Origin: a virus
Virus record (IMG/VR): IMGVR_UViG_3300033566_000071
Coordinates: 1 to 61,846 of that record
Length of the DNA: 61,846 bases
Strand: one strand, 5' to 3'
Below, in pieces: positions 51,799 to 60,600 of this stretch. The translations under genes and the position numbers were made by a program. The notes beneath the pieces are model-generated. The model was not told the DNA's origin, did not search any database, and worked only from the letters and a program-made list of their open reading frames with translations. Within the stretch, counting starts at the first letter, position 1. The number at the start of each line of letters is the position of its first letter.

Positions 51799-51825
51799 AA
51801 GCTTCTGTTCGCAGGAGCTTTTTTC
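51799..51825 (+). terminator. Strong rho-independent terminator 14 nt upstream of the thyX-like start
   Basis: AAGCTTCTG-ttcg-CAGGAGCTT, a 9-bp stem with one G-U pair and a UUCG loop. It runs into TTTTTTC. Confidence 0.7.
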
Positions 51826-51839
51826 ATTGGAGCCCATAT

Positions 51840-52733
51840 ATGTCAATTTCCGCTGTGACCATAGCCGATTCTCTCGCCCACAACGGTGCGCGCCTCACAA
51901 CACTTGTCATCACAATGCCCCGGTTTCTTTTGGCAGAGCTGAACACCCACAGAGCCTTCAGTAGGAATGCAGCGAGCTCAAGAGCTATTCCTAGCAGAAG
52001 GTTTCTGAAGGAGGCCACATATGTCCCAAGTGTCTTTGGAGCAAATCAGGCAGGCATGTCAGCCGGAGAGAGACTTTCGCCCATAAAATCAATAGCTGCC
52101 AAAGCTGTCTGGCTAATGCATGGAGCCGCGTCAAAACTTTCGACAGCTGCCCTAGCGCGTCTAGGTGTCCATAAGCAATGGGCGAATAGACTCATTGAGC
52201 CTCACATGTATGTCAGTGTTATTGTCACTGCCACAGACTTTACAAATTTCCTTAAGCAGAGGATGGCAGAAGGGGCCCAGCCCGAGATGCAGGAGCTGGC
52301 GCGTGCGGTGCAGATGCAGTTTATCTATTCTCGCCCAACTTTCCTGACAGAAAAAGAATGGCACCTTCCTTTCATTACGGACGAAGAGAAAACTCAATAT
52401 GACAACGAAACCTTGAAACTCGTAAGTGCAGCTCGCTGCGCACGGGTTTCATATTTAAATCACGACAAGCGCTCTCCCTCGATTGAAGATGACCTGAAGG
52501 TGGCATATAAGTTGCTCTTCCCTAAAGACGGAGGAAGTCCCCATTATTCACCCTGGGAACATATTTGTCGCCCAACGGAGGCTGTCGGAACCCGCACAGC
52601 CGCTTACAATTTACGTGGATGGCAGAGCATGCGCTATGAACTTGACACTTGGTGGGCAGAGCGGGACGGAGGCCTAAAGGCTTTCTGGGAAAACTACCAA
52701 TATCTTGGCACCGAGCAAATGAAAGCCCATTGA
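51840..52733 (+). CDS. thyX: ThyX-like flavin-dependent thymidylate synthase homolog (long form, 297 aa)
   Basis: ThyX-type signature LNTHRAFSRNAASSRAIP (compare RHRxxSxxxxSxR), plus HKQWANRLIEP. Confidence 0.75.
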   Translation: MSISAVTIADSLAHNGARLTTLVITMPRFLLAELNTHRAFSRNAASSRAIPSRRFLKEATYVPSVFGANQAGMSAGERLSPIKSIAAKAVWLMHGAASKLSTAALARLGVHKQWANRLIEPHMYVSVIVTATDFTNFLKQRMAEGAQPEMQELARAVQMQFIYSRPTFLTEKEWHLPFITDEEKTQYDNETLKLVSAARCARVSYLNHDKRSPSIEDDLKVAYKLLFPKDGGSPHYSPWEHICRPTEAVGTRTAAYNLRGWQSMRYELDTWWAERDGGLKAFWENYQYLGTEQMKAH

Positions 52734-52750
52734 AAGGCGAAGGAGCGATA

Positions 52751-53284
52751 ATGAGCAATGTAAAGCATGTTTACGGCTACCCCTTTCTCACTGAGCCCGA
52801 GCTTTGGACAGGAGGCGTAGCCGACGAAACACTCCACACCGTCCGGGCGCGGCTTCCCGTTTACATGGGCGAGAATGGAAAGACAATAGTAGGATGGGGC
52901 TTTCCTAGGTGGCTGACAGAAGGCAAATATCGCCTTGTCCTTGACCTCTTATTCCATTGCCCACTGAAGGGAATTGAGGCGGATGATGGGAGCACTCTTG
53001 CGCCGTCGCTTCTTTCCTATTCGATTAAGTTTGCCCCAGATCCACGCGTCGTTGGAAAACACATCAATCGATTATGGCTTGACGAGGACAGAGACATGAG
53101 CTACAACGCTCTTTATGGAGGGATGGCGTCAAGTTGGCGTAACCAGCCCCCCACTATAGAGAGCTTTGTTTTGACGCAGCAGATTGATTGCACCTGCGGG
53201 GTGGCGTCGACGGCATCGCCGCTTGGACACAGCGATTGGTGTAGTGCCTACGGCCCCTCTTTCGAGTATGGAAAGGACAAATGA
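52751..53284 (+). CDS. Hypothetical protein
   Basis: Start at MSNVKHVYGYPF after an AAGGAG RBS. 177 aa. Confidence 0.55.
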   Translation: MSNVKHVYGYPFLTEPELWTGGVADETLHTVRARLPVYMGENGKTIVGWGFPRWLTEGKYRLVLDLLFHCPLKGIEADDGSTLAPSLLSYSIKFAPDPRVVGKHINRLWLDEDRDMSYNALYGGMASSWRNQPPTIESFVLTQQIDCTCGVASTASPLGHSDWCSAYGPSFEYGKDK

Positions 53285-53293
53285 TGCGGCGGT

Positions 53294-53410
53294 ATGATTG
53301 AAAGCCTCAGAGAAGGGACGAGCAGCACACAACTGGAGCCCGCCTTCCAAAGACTGGATTGTTTAGGAATTTCAAGACAATTGAGACACTCTACGATCTT
53401 CTTACGGTGA
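53294..53410 (+). CDS. Possible small ORF (38 aa)
   Basis: Hand-translated: MIESLREGTSSTQLEPAFQRLDCLGISRQLRHSTIFLR. It chains by GTGA to the next small ORF. Weak RBS. Confidence 0.25.
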   Translation: MIESLREGTSSTQLEPAFQRLDCLGISRQLRHSTIFLR

Positions 53411-53496
53411 ATTATTCGAATGGCGTGAAGAGGCTTCTAAAAGAGCAAGCAGGAAAACCCCACTGGATGAATTTTTTGAAGAAAGGAAAATTATGA
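53407..53496 (+). CDS. Possible small ORF (29 aa, GTG start)
   Basis: GTGA overlap upstream and ATGA overlap with the 53493 gene. Confidence 0.25.
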   Translation: MNYSNGVKRLLKEQAGKPHWMNFLKKGKL

Positions 53497-53729
53497 GCGA
53501 GAAAGACGTCGAACAAATTCTCCGGTATTACGTTGTTAGTGAAGAAGAGCTTGAAGAACTAAAAACCACTGCCTTCAACTATTGGGATATGATTAATAAT
53601 GGTCGTACTGATAATAGCGAAGAAGTAGATTTCGACCGCCTGGACAAAGCAAAAGTCGCCTGCCGTGCTAGGCCTGTAGAAAAGTATGGAACCTTCGCTG
53701 ACGGTGTTGTGTTGTGGGAGGAAATATGA
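53493..53729 (+). CDS. Hypothetical acidic protein
   Basis: 78-aa ORF. Confidence 0.55.
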   Translation: MSEKDVEQILRYYVVSEEELEELKTTAFNYWDMINNGRTDNSEEVDFDRLDKAKVACRARPVEKYGTFADGVVLWEEI

Positions 53730-53857
53730 AAAAGGAAGATTTGGAAACACTTATTAAAAATACCCCAGCCCACTTTGTGTGGCTTGCCAGGCACTTTCCA
53801 CCAAGGTTTGCCAAATCTAGCCCAAAACTAGAGCTTATTAAGGAGATTGAGCGATGA
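53726..53857 (+). CDS. Small ORF (43 aa)
   Basis: ATGA overlaps at both ends. Sequence: MKKEDLETLIKNTPAHFVWLARHFPPRFAKSSPKLELIKEIER. Confidence 0.4.
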   Translation: MKKEDLETLIKNTPAHFVWLARHFPPRFAKSSPKLELIKEIER

Positions 53858-54081
53858 GCAAGTTGATTGAGCGTATTACGCAGTTGGAAGCAGAAGCAGG
53901 TGATTGGGACTTATCTTCATTGACAGATAACGAATCTCAATATTTCTTTGCCCTGGTTGTCGCCTACCCCAAACTACGGGCTGTAGTGCTGGCTGCATTA
54001 GAGGCAGAGCATGAAAGTCGTACTGGGATAGTCACAAGTAGATTACGAAGCGCGTTAGCAGCGCTGGAGGAGGATGTATGA
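53854..54081 (+). CDS. Hypothetical protein ending in the junction cassette (..ALEEDV)
   Basis: 75-aa ORF. Confidence 0.55.
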   Translation: MSKLIERITQLEAEAGDWDLSSLTDNESQYFFALVVAYPKLRAVVLAALEAEHESRTGIVTSRLRSALAALEEDV

Positions 54082-54161
54082 CCCTAGCAGTGGTTGTTTG
54101 GTTTATCTTTATTAGTTTGGCTGCAATAATAACTACCATAGCGGTAGAGGAGAATGTATGA
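54078..54161 (+). CDS. Tiny TM peptide (27 aa) bracketed by two junction cassettes
   Basis: Sequence: MTLAVVVWFIFISLAAIITTIAVEENV. Confidence 0.35.
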   Translation: MTLAVVVWFIFISLAAIITTIAVEENV

Positions 54162-54382
54162 GTGTTGAGGAGATGTGTCACATCATTGAATTATGGGCGT
54201 ATCAGGGCGACTATCATATCTCGCGACAAAGGCTCGATAGCAGAAACAAAAAGCTAGATAGTATTGTAGCCGCGCTGAGGGCTGGGCAGGATATGCGTCA
54301 AATGCTCACTGAGATAGCAAATCCAGATAGCTTGGTGTGTTGCCAAGCTTGGGACGAAGCTACGAAGGAAGAAACAAGATGA
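54158..54382 (+). CDS. Small protein, ALRAG...WDxAT paralog 3
   Basis: Contains IVAALRAGQDMRQ and CCQAWDEATKEE. Its 3' end is similar at the nucleotide level to the 36568..36603 gene end. Confidence 0.6.
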   Translation: MSVEEMCHIIELWAYQGDYHISRQRLDSRNKKLDSIVAALRAGQDMRQMLTEIANPDSLVCCQAWDEATKEETR

Positions 54383-54606
54383 CTGACAACTTTACTCCCG
54401 AAACAATTTTAGACAAATTTCATGTCACAAATCCAGAAGATGTTTGGCGCAGGCATCCAGAAGAGGTTTATAAGCTTCTCAAACACCTATTGTCTCTTAA
54501 TTTACAAGAGATGGTGGGGGTGACACGTAAAGCTGACAACGGCCTCCATTCTACAACGGCATACACATATCAATCTATTTTCGCTGAAATAGGAGACGCT
54601 GAATGA
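54379..54606 (+). CDS. Hypothetical protein
   Basis: ATGA-coupled start at MTDNFTPET. Confidence 0.55.
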   Translation: MTDNFTPETILDKFHVTNPEDVWRRHPEEVYKLLKHLLSLNLQEMVGVTRKADNGLHSTTAYTYQSIFAEIGDAE

Positions 54607-54836
54607 ATTTACAAAAAGCTGTCAAAAAAGCAGGACCATTTGGACTAATTGCCTCAGGGCTTATGAAGCCGGGCGAAGGGGTTACGACGAGTGGCCATCC
54701 CGCCATCTACCTCAAAGACACTCACGAATGGAAAGTGTTTTGGGAGCTGAAGGCTAAGCTGAGTTGGGACGAAGCGTCAGCGAGTAATTGGGGAATTTTG
54801 CCATATAAGCTCTCTGCTAAGGAGATTGAGGGATGA
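54603..54836 (+). CDS. Hypothetical protein
   Basis: 77-aa ORF, ATGA-coupled. Confidence 0.55.
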   Translation: MNLQKAVKKAGPFGLIASGLMKPGEGVTTSGHPAIYLKDTHEWKVFWELKAKLSWDEASASNWGILPYKLSAKEIEG

Positions 54837-55039
54837 TAAGCAGGCATTCATACATGAAAAAAGAAAAGTGGGTTGTCACGCTACATGACGGGGACGAAAC
54901 CACCCGCACCTTCTCCACCAAAAAGGCTGCTTATAGATGGGGAAGGGATCACCAATATTACTATCACGATGATTTTAGTGTGGCCAAAATTGAGACAGGC
55001 TCTTGGGTTACAGAAGAATTTACGGAGGAACCTATATGA
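54833..55039 (+). CDS. Hypothetical protein
   Basis: 68-aa ORF, ATGA-coupled. Confidence 0.55.
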   Translation: MISRHSYMKKEKWVVTLHDGDETTRTFSTKKAAYRWGRDHQYYYHDDFSVAKIETGSWVTEEFTEEPI

Positions 55040-55161
55040 TTGCATATATTGCCCTTAGAATTGCTGATGCCCTCTACTTAGTGTCGGACAAACTGATGGA
55101 CGCATCCTACATCCTTCAAGACTACTCAATACGCATTTGGCAGAAATGGAGCAAAAAATAA
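55036..55161 (+). CDS. Small ORF (41 aa)
   Basis: ATGA overlap upstream and TAATG overlap downstream. Sequence: MIAYIALRIADALYLVSDKLMDASYILQDYSIRIWQKWSKK. Confidence 0.35.
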   Translation: MIAYIALRIADALYLVSDKLMDASYILQDYSIRIWQKWSKK

Positions 55162-55409
55162 TGAAGCGTACAATAGGCGGTACACACAAGAGAAAGAGAA
55201 CGGACGCTGGTATTATTGAGCAGCTTTTGGAAATAAACAGCGTCAGAGAAGAAATCGGGCTTCCTCTATTGAAGCTCAAAACCAGAACGTGTATGATGTG
55301 CCGGCTGCCGTTTACAAGCGTCGAGGCTCGGCGTTGTATTGCATGCAATGTAGCTATTCAGCGCGGTCAAATCGATATTCCTTCTCTTAACGGCTACGAT
55401 ATCATATAA
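55161..55409 (+). CDS. Basic zinc-finger-like protein
   Basis: Start at MKRTIGGTHKRKR. Contains CMMCRLPF..RRCIACN. Confidence 0.5.
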   Translation: MKRTIGGTHKRKRTDAGIIEQLLEINSVREEIGLPLLKLKTRTCMMCRLPFTSVEARRCIACNVAIQRGQIDIPSLNGYDII

Positions 55410-55424
55410 CGATGTGAGGCTAGT

Positions 55425-56363
55425 ATGACAGGCAGACGTAAAGAAAAGCTGTGCCCGGTGTGCTCCGAAAGAAAGCCTATTGAGGCCTTTCTCGGCAAAG
55501 GCTATTGCCCTCCCTGTCATAATGAATATAGCCGTAGGCGCTATCATGTCAGAAAAGCTAGGAAAGAGGGAGTAGAGCTGAGCGCTTCCAATGATACGAA
55601 AGCGCTGCTCGAGTCGGCCCTTCTCACAAAAGATGGGCGAAGGAGTAAATACCGGGCAAAGGATGGGTACATTAATTTGGCACCTATGCCGCAAGACATA
55701 AGCGAAGCACTGTCGCCGTATTACAAGGAAATTCACACCCTTGTGGAAGAGAAAAAATACGTGTGCTCAATGTCCCATCTTGTCAGCAAAACCCGCCTAA
55801 TGGTGCATGACATCCACCTAATCCTTTTGGGCGAACTGAAAGAAGTGCCGCCCTATTCGAATAGCATTGCCAATAGACTGGCACGAGGGGATTTCTACGC
55901 CCGCGTCGACCACCGCACCCTCCCTCGCCCACCGATTCCTGATGTGCTGCCAGAGCATAGGAAAATGTATGAAGATGTTTACGCATTCTTAGATACGGCC
56001 ACTGAGCCTGTTTATATGAAAACTTTAATTAGGCGCCTATCGACTTCCTATCACACCATCAAAAGCATATTCAATGGATCCTTTGGAATAACAAGAAGAA
56101 TCGGTAATAATTTGAAAAGCCGACTTCCTAAGACAAAGAAGGAAGAGATTATTATGCCTACGGCTGTCACAATGCCGGCAGAATCCGAGTGGGGCACATT
56201 CGGAAGCTTCCGTTATTATGGGAAGCAGGCAGTTTGTGAATGTGGGGAGAGGTTTGAGCTAAAGCCTCTTCATATGAAATTCAAAAGGCCCTGCTGGCAT
56301 CTTGACAAAAAGGCTAAGCAGCTTCAGGATGAAAGACTTAACAGAAGAATGGGGGCTGATTAA
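55425..56363 (+). CDS. Hypothetical protein with N-terminal zinc ribbon
   Basis: 312 aa. Contains CPVCSERKPIEAFLGKGYCPPCHNEY. Confidence 0.6.
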   Translation: MTGRRKEKLCPVCSERKPIEAFLGKGYCPPCHNEYSRRRYHVRKARKEGVELSASNDTKALLESALLTKDGRRSKYRAKDGYINLAPMPQDISEALSPYYKEIHTLVEEKKYVCSMSHLVSKTRLMVHDIHLILLGELKEVPPYSNSIANRLARGDFYARVDHRTLPRPPIPDVLPEHRKMYEDVYAFLDTATEPVYMKTLIRRLSTSYHTIKSIFNGSFGITRRIGNNLKSRLPKTKKEEIIMPTAVTMPAESEWGTFGSFRYYGKQAVCECGERFELKPLHMKFKRPCWHLDKKAKQLQDERLNRRMGAD

Positions 56364-56744
56364 ATGGAAAAGAAGTTTAAAATTTTGGTGTGCGGCGGTA
56401 GAAACTATAGAGACTGGGACACACTTGTCGCCCAGCTAGACACTCTACAACCCATCTCTTGCATTGTAAACGGAGGGGCTGGAGGAGCAGACGAGATGGC
56501 CGCTGATTATGCCCATGAGCGCAGTATCATGTGCTACACTCACCATGCCAAATGGAGTGAGTATGGAAGGCGAGCCGGCCCAGTGAGAAACAGACAAATG
56601 CTCGATTTACATCCAGACCTCGATATGGTTGTGGCCTTTCCTGGCGGAAAGGGGACAGCGGATATGGTTAAGGCCGCTGACGAAAGGAAGATTTTAGTCT
56701 GGGACCTAAGGGTAGAAAACTCGCCCGCCAACACGAAGACGTGA
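56364..56744 (+). CDS. SLOG-superfamily protein (DUF2493-like)
   Basis: Motifs ILVCGGRNY, VNGGAGGADEMAADYA, GPVRNRQML and FPGGKGTADMV. The family name is from memory. Confidence 0.65.
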   Translation: MEKKFKILVCGGRNYRDWDTLVAQLDTLQPISCIVNGGAGGADEMAADYAHERSIMCYTHHAKWSEYGRRAGPVRNRQMLDLHPDLDMVVAFPGGKGTADMVKAADERKILVWDLRVENSPANTKT

Positions 56745-57053
56745 ATCAATATGGATCCATGTCTTCGTCGCAGATGGGTGTTCCATCCAAATATTGAAGC
56801 GCTCTAAATTGTCTTGAATGAATTTCAAAAGTTCTGGCGTTCTCACCAAATCAGCAGCTACACCATCAACATGGGCACTACGTTTGGCCCCGCCTATGGA
56901 TTGATTGTGGCGCTTACAGCGAGCTGCAGAGGAAAGGGAAATGGGCTGGCCATAGGCCTCTCTAATTTCATTCAAAAGCTTTTTGAATTCCGGCCTCACC
57001 GAATAACCGCACCCGCACGAGCACTCAAGCTCTTTGTCCGAAAAGTAGTTCAT
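56706..57053 (-). CDS. Endolysin, peptidase M15 (M15A/M15_3-type) family
   Basis: Motifs FSDKELECSCGCG, SSAARCKRHNQSIGGAKRSAHVDGVAADL and WIHIDSR. No signal peptide. Confidence 0.85.
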   Translation of the reverse strand: MNYFSDKELECSCGCGYSVRPEFKKLLNEIREAYGQPISLSSAARCKRHNQSIGGAKRSAHVDGVAADLVRTPELLKFIQDNLERFNIWMEHPSATKTWIHIDSRLRVGGRVFYP

Positions 57054-57062
57054 ATCCTAACC

Positions 57063-57467
57063 TTAAAAAGAAACGCTCACACCGATGGCAACAGAGGGAT
57101 GAGTGTTGATGGTAGTGACGCTAATAATTTTGAAGGGGCTTTGACCTAGGCGATAGGATCCAAAGGCCTCATATCCATTCGAGCCAACCTGTCTCAGAAT
57201 GCCAAGTTCCCAGGTATTTGGGCGAGGGATGGGTAGGGGCTTTTCCTTTACCAATTTCTCGACTATTTTCGTCTGGCCTTCCTCCACCTTCGTAATAACA
57301 GTGCCGTCTTTGGTACGCCACTCTGTCTTCACAACCGTATTGGTTTCGGTGACAACATCCCTTTTCGTAACGATTTTGTCTTTTCCCTTTGGAGCAGCCC
57401 TATAGCCAGCCCAGGCTGATAGGCCCATCAGGAGGGTAGCTATGCCCCCATAGACATAAAGCCTCAC
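57063..57467 (-). CDS. Spanin-position protein with an N-terminal TM/signal and a C-terminal OMP-type beta-signal (GTG start)
   Basis: N-terminus MRLYVYGGIATLLMGLSAWAG, then a K/E/T-rich linker with PLPIPRP, then C-terminal alternating strands ending AIGVSVSF. It lies between the holin candidate and the endolysin. Confidence 0.5.
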   Translation of the reverse strand: MRLYVYGGIATLLMGLSAWAGYRAAPKGKDKIVTKRDVVTETNTVVKTEWRTKDGTVITKVEEGQTKIVEKLVKEKPLPIPRPNTWELGILRQVGSNGYEAFGSYRLGQSPFKIISVTTINTHPSVAIGVSVSF

Positions 57468-57643
57468 TGTTGCCCCTCTTTCTTGCCCTGAAAGGCATTC
57501 GCCGCAGCCACTCCCATAGCGATGGCGGAGATTGCGGCGGCGACTTCCGCGCCTTTATGGTAGCCAAGGAAGGTGAGTGCCGTTATGGCATAGAGCCCAA
57601 TTACAGTACGGCGGCATTTGAGGATGCTAATTAAGTTCTGCAC
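57464..57643 (-). CDS. Holin candidate (59 aa, two TM, GTG start)
   Basis: Hand-translated: VQNLISILKCRRTVIGLYAITALTFLGYHKGAEVAAAISAIAMGVAAANAFQGKKEGQQ. GTGA overlap with the next gene. Confidence 0.45.
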   Translation of the reverse strand: MQNLISILKCRRTVIGLYAITALTFLGYHKGAEVAAAISAIAMGVAAANAFQGKKEGQQ

Positions 57644-57646
57644 AAC

Positions 57647-60600
57647 CTATTCGTCCTTATTTAGGTGAAGCTTATTGTAAGCTCTTTGCATTATTGTCTC
57701 TTTTCCAAAAGCCCTCTGAAACTTCTGAACTTCGTTTATGACAGGAGCCACAATAGGAGTGTAGGAGGTGGCTGCGGCTGAAATGGCATTTCTGGCAGAG
57801 CCCTTCAGGCGGTCCTTTACACTTAGGTCACTAGATGTAAGAGGCGCTAGTGTTTTTCCAATTGTGTCCACAAGGGGGTTGGAAGCGAGGCTACGCCCTT
57901 GGCTTTGCTTTGGAAGAATGGAGGCAATTGGAGCGAATTCTTCTGGCTTTCCAATGAGGTACTGGACGAGAGGGTTTTGGTGCTCCTCCATCCAGGCCGA
58001 GGCTCCAGCTAGCATGAGGTAGGCAGCAAAATATTTACGTAAAACTTGTGCCGATCCAGATTTCATTCCCTGCTCACGGTAGGTGTTGGCAACATCGGCG
58101 GCAATATTTATGGGCCATGTCGTGAACATACTGAAGGCCGGGCCCACGGCTCTTTGCATTTCTGATTGCGCAGCCTTGCCGAAGTCGAACTGGGTTTTTG
58201 ATATTAGGTAACGGCCTATAGCGTCGCCCATATTCTCAGCAGCCGATTCGCCTTTTCCCTCAAGCATCGCCCTCTTAACCACACTCTTGAGCCCTGCATC
58301 AGCCTTTTTCATAAACTTGGCCGCATCTGGATTACCAGCCAAAAGATCTTTGGCAATTTGCTGGCCCATCTTATAGCTGATTATGCGGTTGACAGTGTCG
58401 GAGGCTCCATAAAATGTCATCATCTTTTCATTCATAGCATCAGTGTAATGCTTAGCCCTGCCCACACCTGTGGCCGTGTTCTCGAGCTCTCCTTTGAAGA
58501 ATTCAGAGGCTAGGTTTTTTGAGGCCAAAAAGCTTTTGAGCTTCCCAGGATTTGCTGCAGACAATTTAATTGTATCGAGGCCTGAGGATACAGCCAGCCT
58601 ACTTCCATAAATCCCTCCCACTTCAGGTGCGGTGCTCATGAGAAACTGAGTATAGTTTCTAATCATACCGGGCACATTGAATGCCAGCTTTGCAGGATAG
58701 ATTTGATTGTTGAGCCAAGCCGCAAATTCAGGAAGCTCTGCTACGGCTTTTCCCGCAGTTCGTCCAAATATATTCATCGTTGTGTCTCGGGCCATCTTTG
58801 TGCCCTTATATTCCATCTGATTGCGTAGGTTTTTCATGGCCCCGTCCAGGCCCCATTTATTACCCATGTTGTCGGCTAGGTAGCGTTTGAAGAATTGGGA
58901 TGCCTTTGGCATGCCGCCCACCTCAAGAGCCCTCACCATTGTCTGGCCATATTTCAGAGCGTCGTCATACATAGCTGCACGAACGTTTTCGTTGACATAG
59001 CCTGACAAAAGCTCCCAGGCATTGCGCTCCTGAATTCGCCCAGCTATTTCACCCTTCCGAGCGAAGAGGGCAGATATGTCTTTATCAAGCTCCTCTGTAG
59101 ATCCAATCTGCCCTTTGCTAGAAAGGAGTGCGGTTTTGAGTTTGGCGATGTCCCCGCCTTCTTTAATTGGCTGCCCTATCCTTCTTTGGGCGAGAGAATC
59201 GAGAAGGTCAAGATGGGACGCGGAAACGCTATCTGGCTTCAGCCGAATATCATCTATAGTGCGAAGGCCCTCTTTGGCCATTGATTGCTTCAGTTCATCT
59301 GTAATATCATCCACTTCAACAGCCAACTTAACAGCATTCTTGGCCTTATGGGGCATATAATCAAGGCGCCGCTCTGGACTGTAGCCAAGCTCCTTCAGAA
59401 ATCCAAATAGCTTGTCTGTATGCTTAACCACATCCTGGCGCAGCACATCAATATTGGCCTGCCCGTGCTTTGCAATAGCTTTTGTGAGCCCTTCCGTTGG
59501 CTTTCTCTCAATCAAAGCGAAAACGTCTTCACCGGAAAGGCCAAGCTTGTCGGCGGCCCTCCTCACCTTATAGAGGTCTTGGGCGAATGTATTGGAAACA
59601 TTGGAGAAGGCATGGCGGGTTTGATTCATCTTGTCATAGAGCTGACCCACTTCAAGCCCCGTGGCCCCGTCCACCGCACGGGCGACATAGAGGGTGGGAT
59701 TAAGCCACTGGTCGGCTTTTGTAATGTCTTTAAGAGTGGGAGCACTTGAAATGCCTTTGTTAAGGGCGGCTGTATCTTCCTCTACAATACGTGTTAAAAC
59801 GCCCTGCGTTTTGAACATGGCATAGGTGTCATCCAGCTTTTCGGGTGTTAGCTTAGAGGCAGCAGAATTGAATGCATCATCAAGCTGCTTACCGTCGAGC
59901 TGAGCTTTTGCGTCAGCCAAAACATAACGCTTGAATTCACTAGGCACTTTGTCCGCTTCGCGCGGCATATGAAGGTCTTCGTCCTTGAGGGCTGCCATAG
60001 CCTTTGACATATATCCACGGCTATTGTCGGCCAAAGCTTCCCCTATATTCTCCGCAGACTCGCCCACAAGGCTCTCGGCAATTTTACCTTTCCCAGCAAC
60101 ACGGCTTGCAATGCTGGCCGCGCCGAGCGTAGCGAAGACCCCTGCCATTGCTACAGACTTTTTATCCCCGCCATGAAGGGCTTCAGTGAGGGCTTCCCCT
60201 CCAACCTGGGCTGCCCCGCGGATGATGGCAGCCGGCATAGATGAGGCTTTGATGAGCGGATTGAGCTCTGTTCCAATTGTGAGGGCCGCAGTGGCAATTC
60301 CTTTTCCAGAAATGGGATCCCACTCTTCACCAGCTTCTTGGCTCCTAAGTCTATCTCGCCCTAGGCCAGCATAAACGGCATAAAGGGCTGGACCGATTGT
60401 CGCTAGAGCTCTCACAGTACCGGCCCCTGCTCCGAGCGCTGTACCAAGTCCTGGTATAACGCTACCGGCTGCAGAGCCTGCAGTAAATCCAGCACCTAAA
60501 TTACTGACAATATATCCGGCTAATGCTGCATTACTGTGCCCGAGTGCCTTTGTGCGGTCATCGGCTGACATGGAAAAAGGTGCGATGGCCTCTTGTGCAC

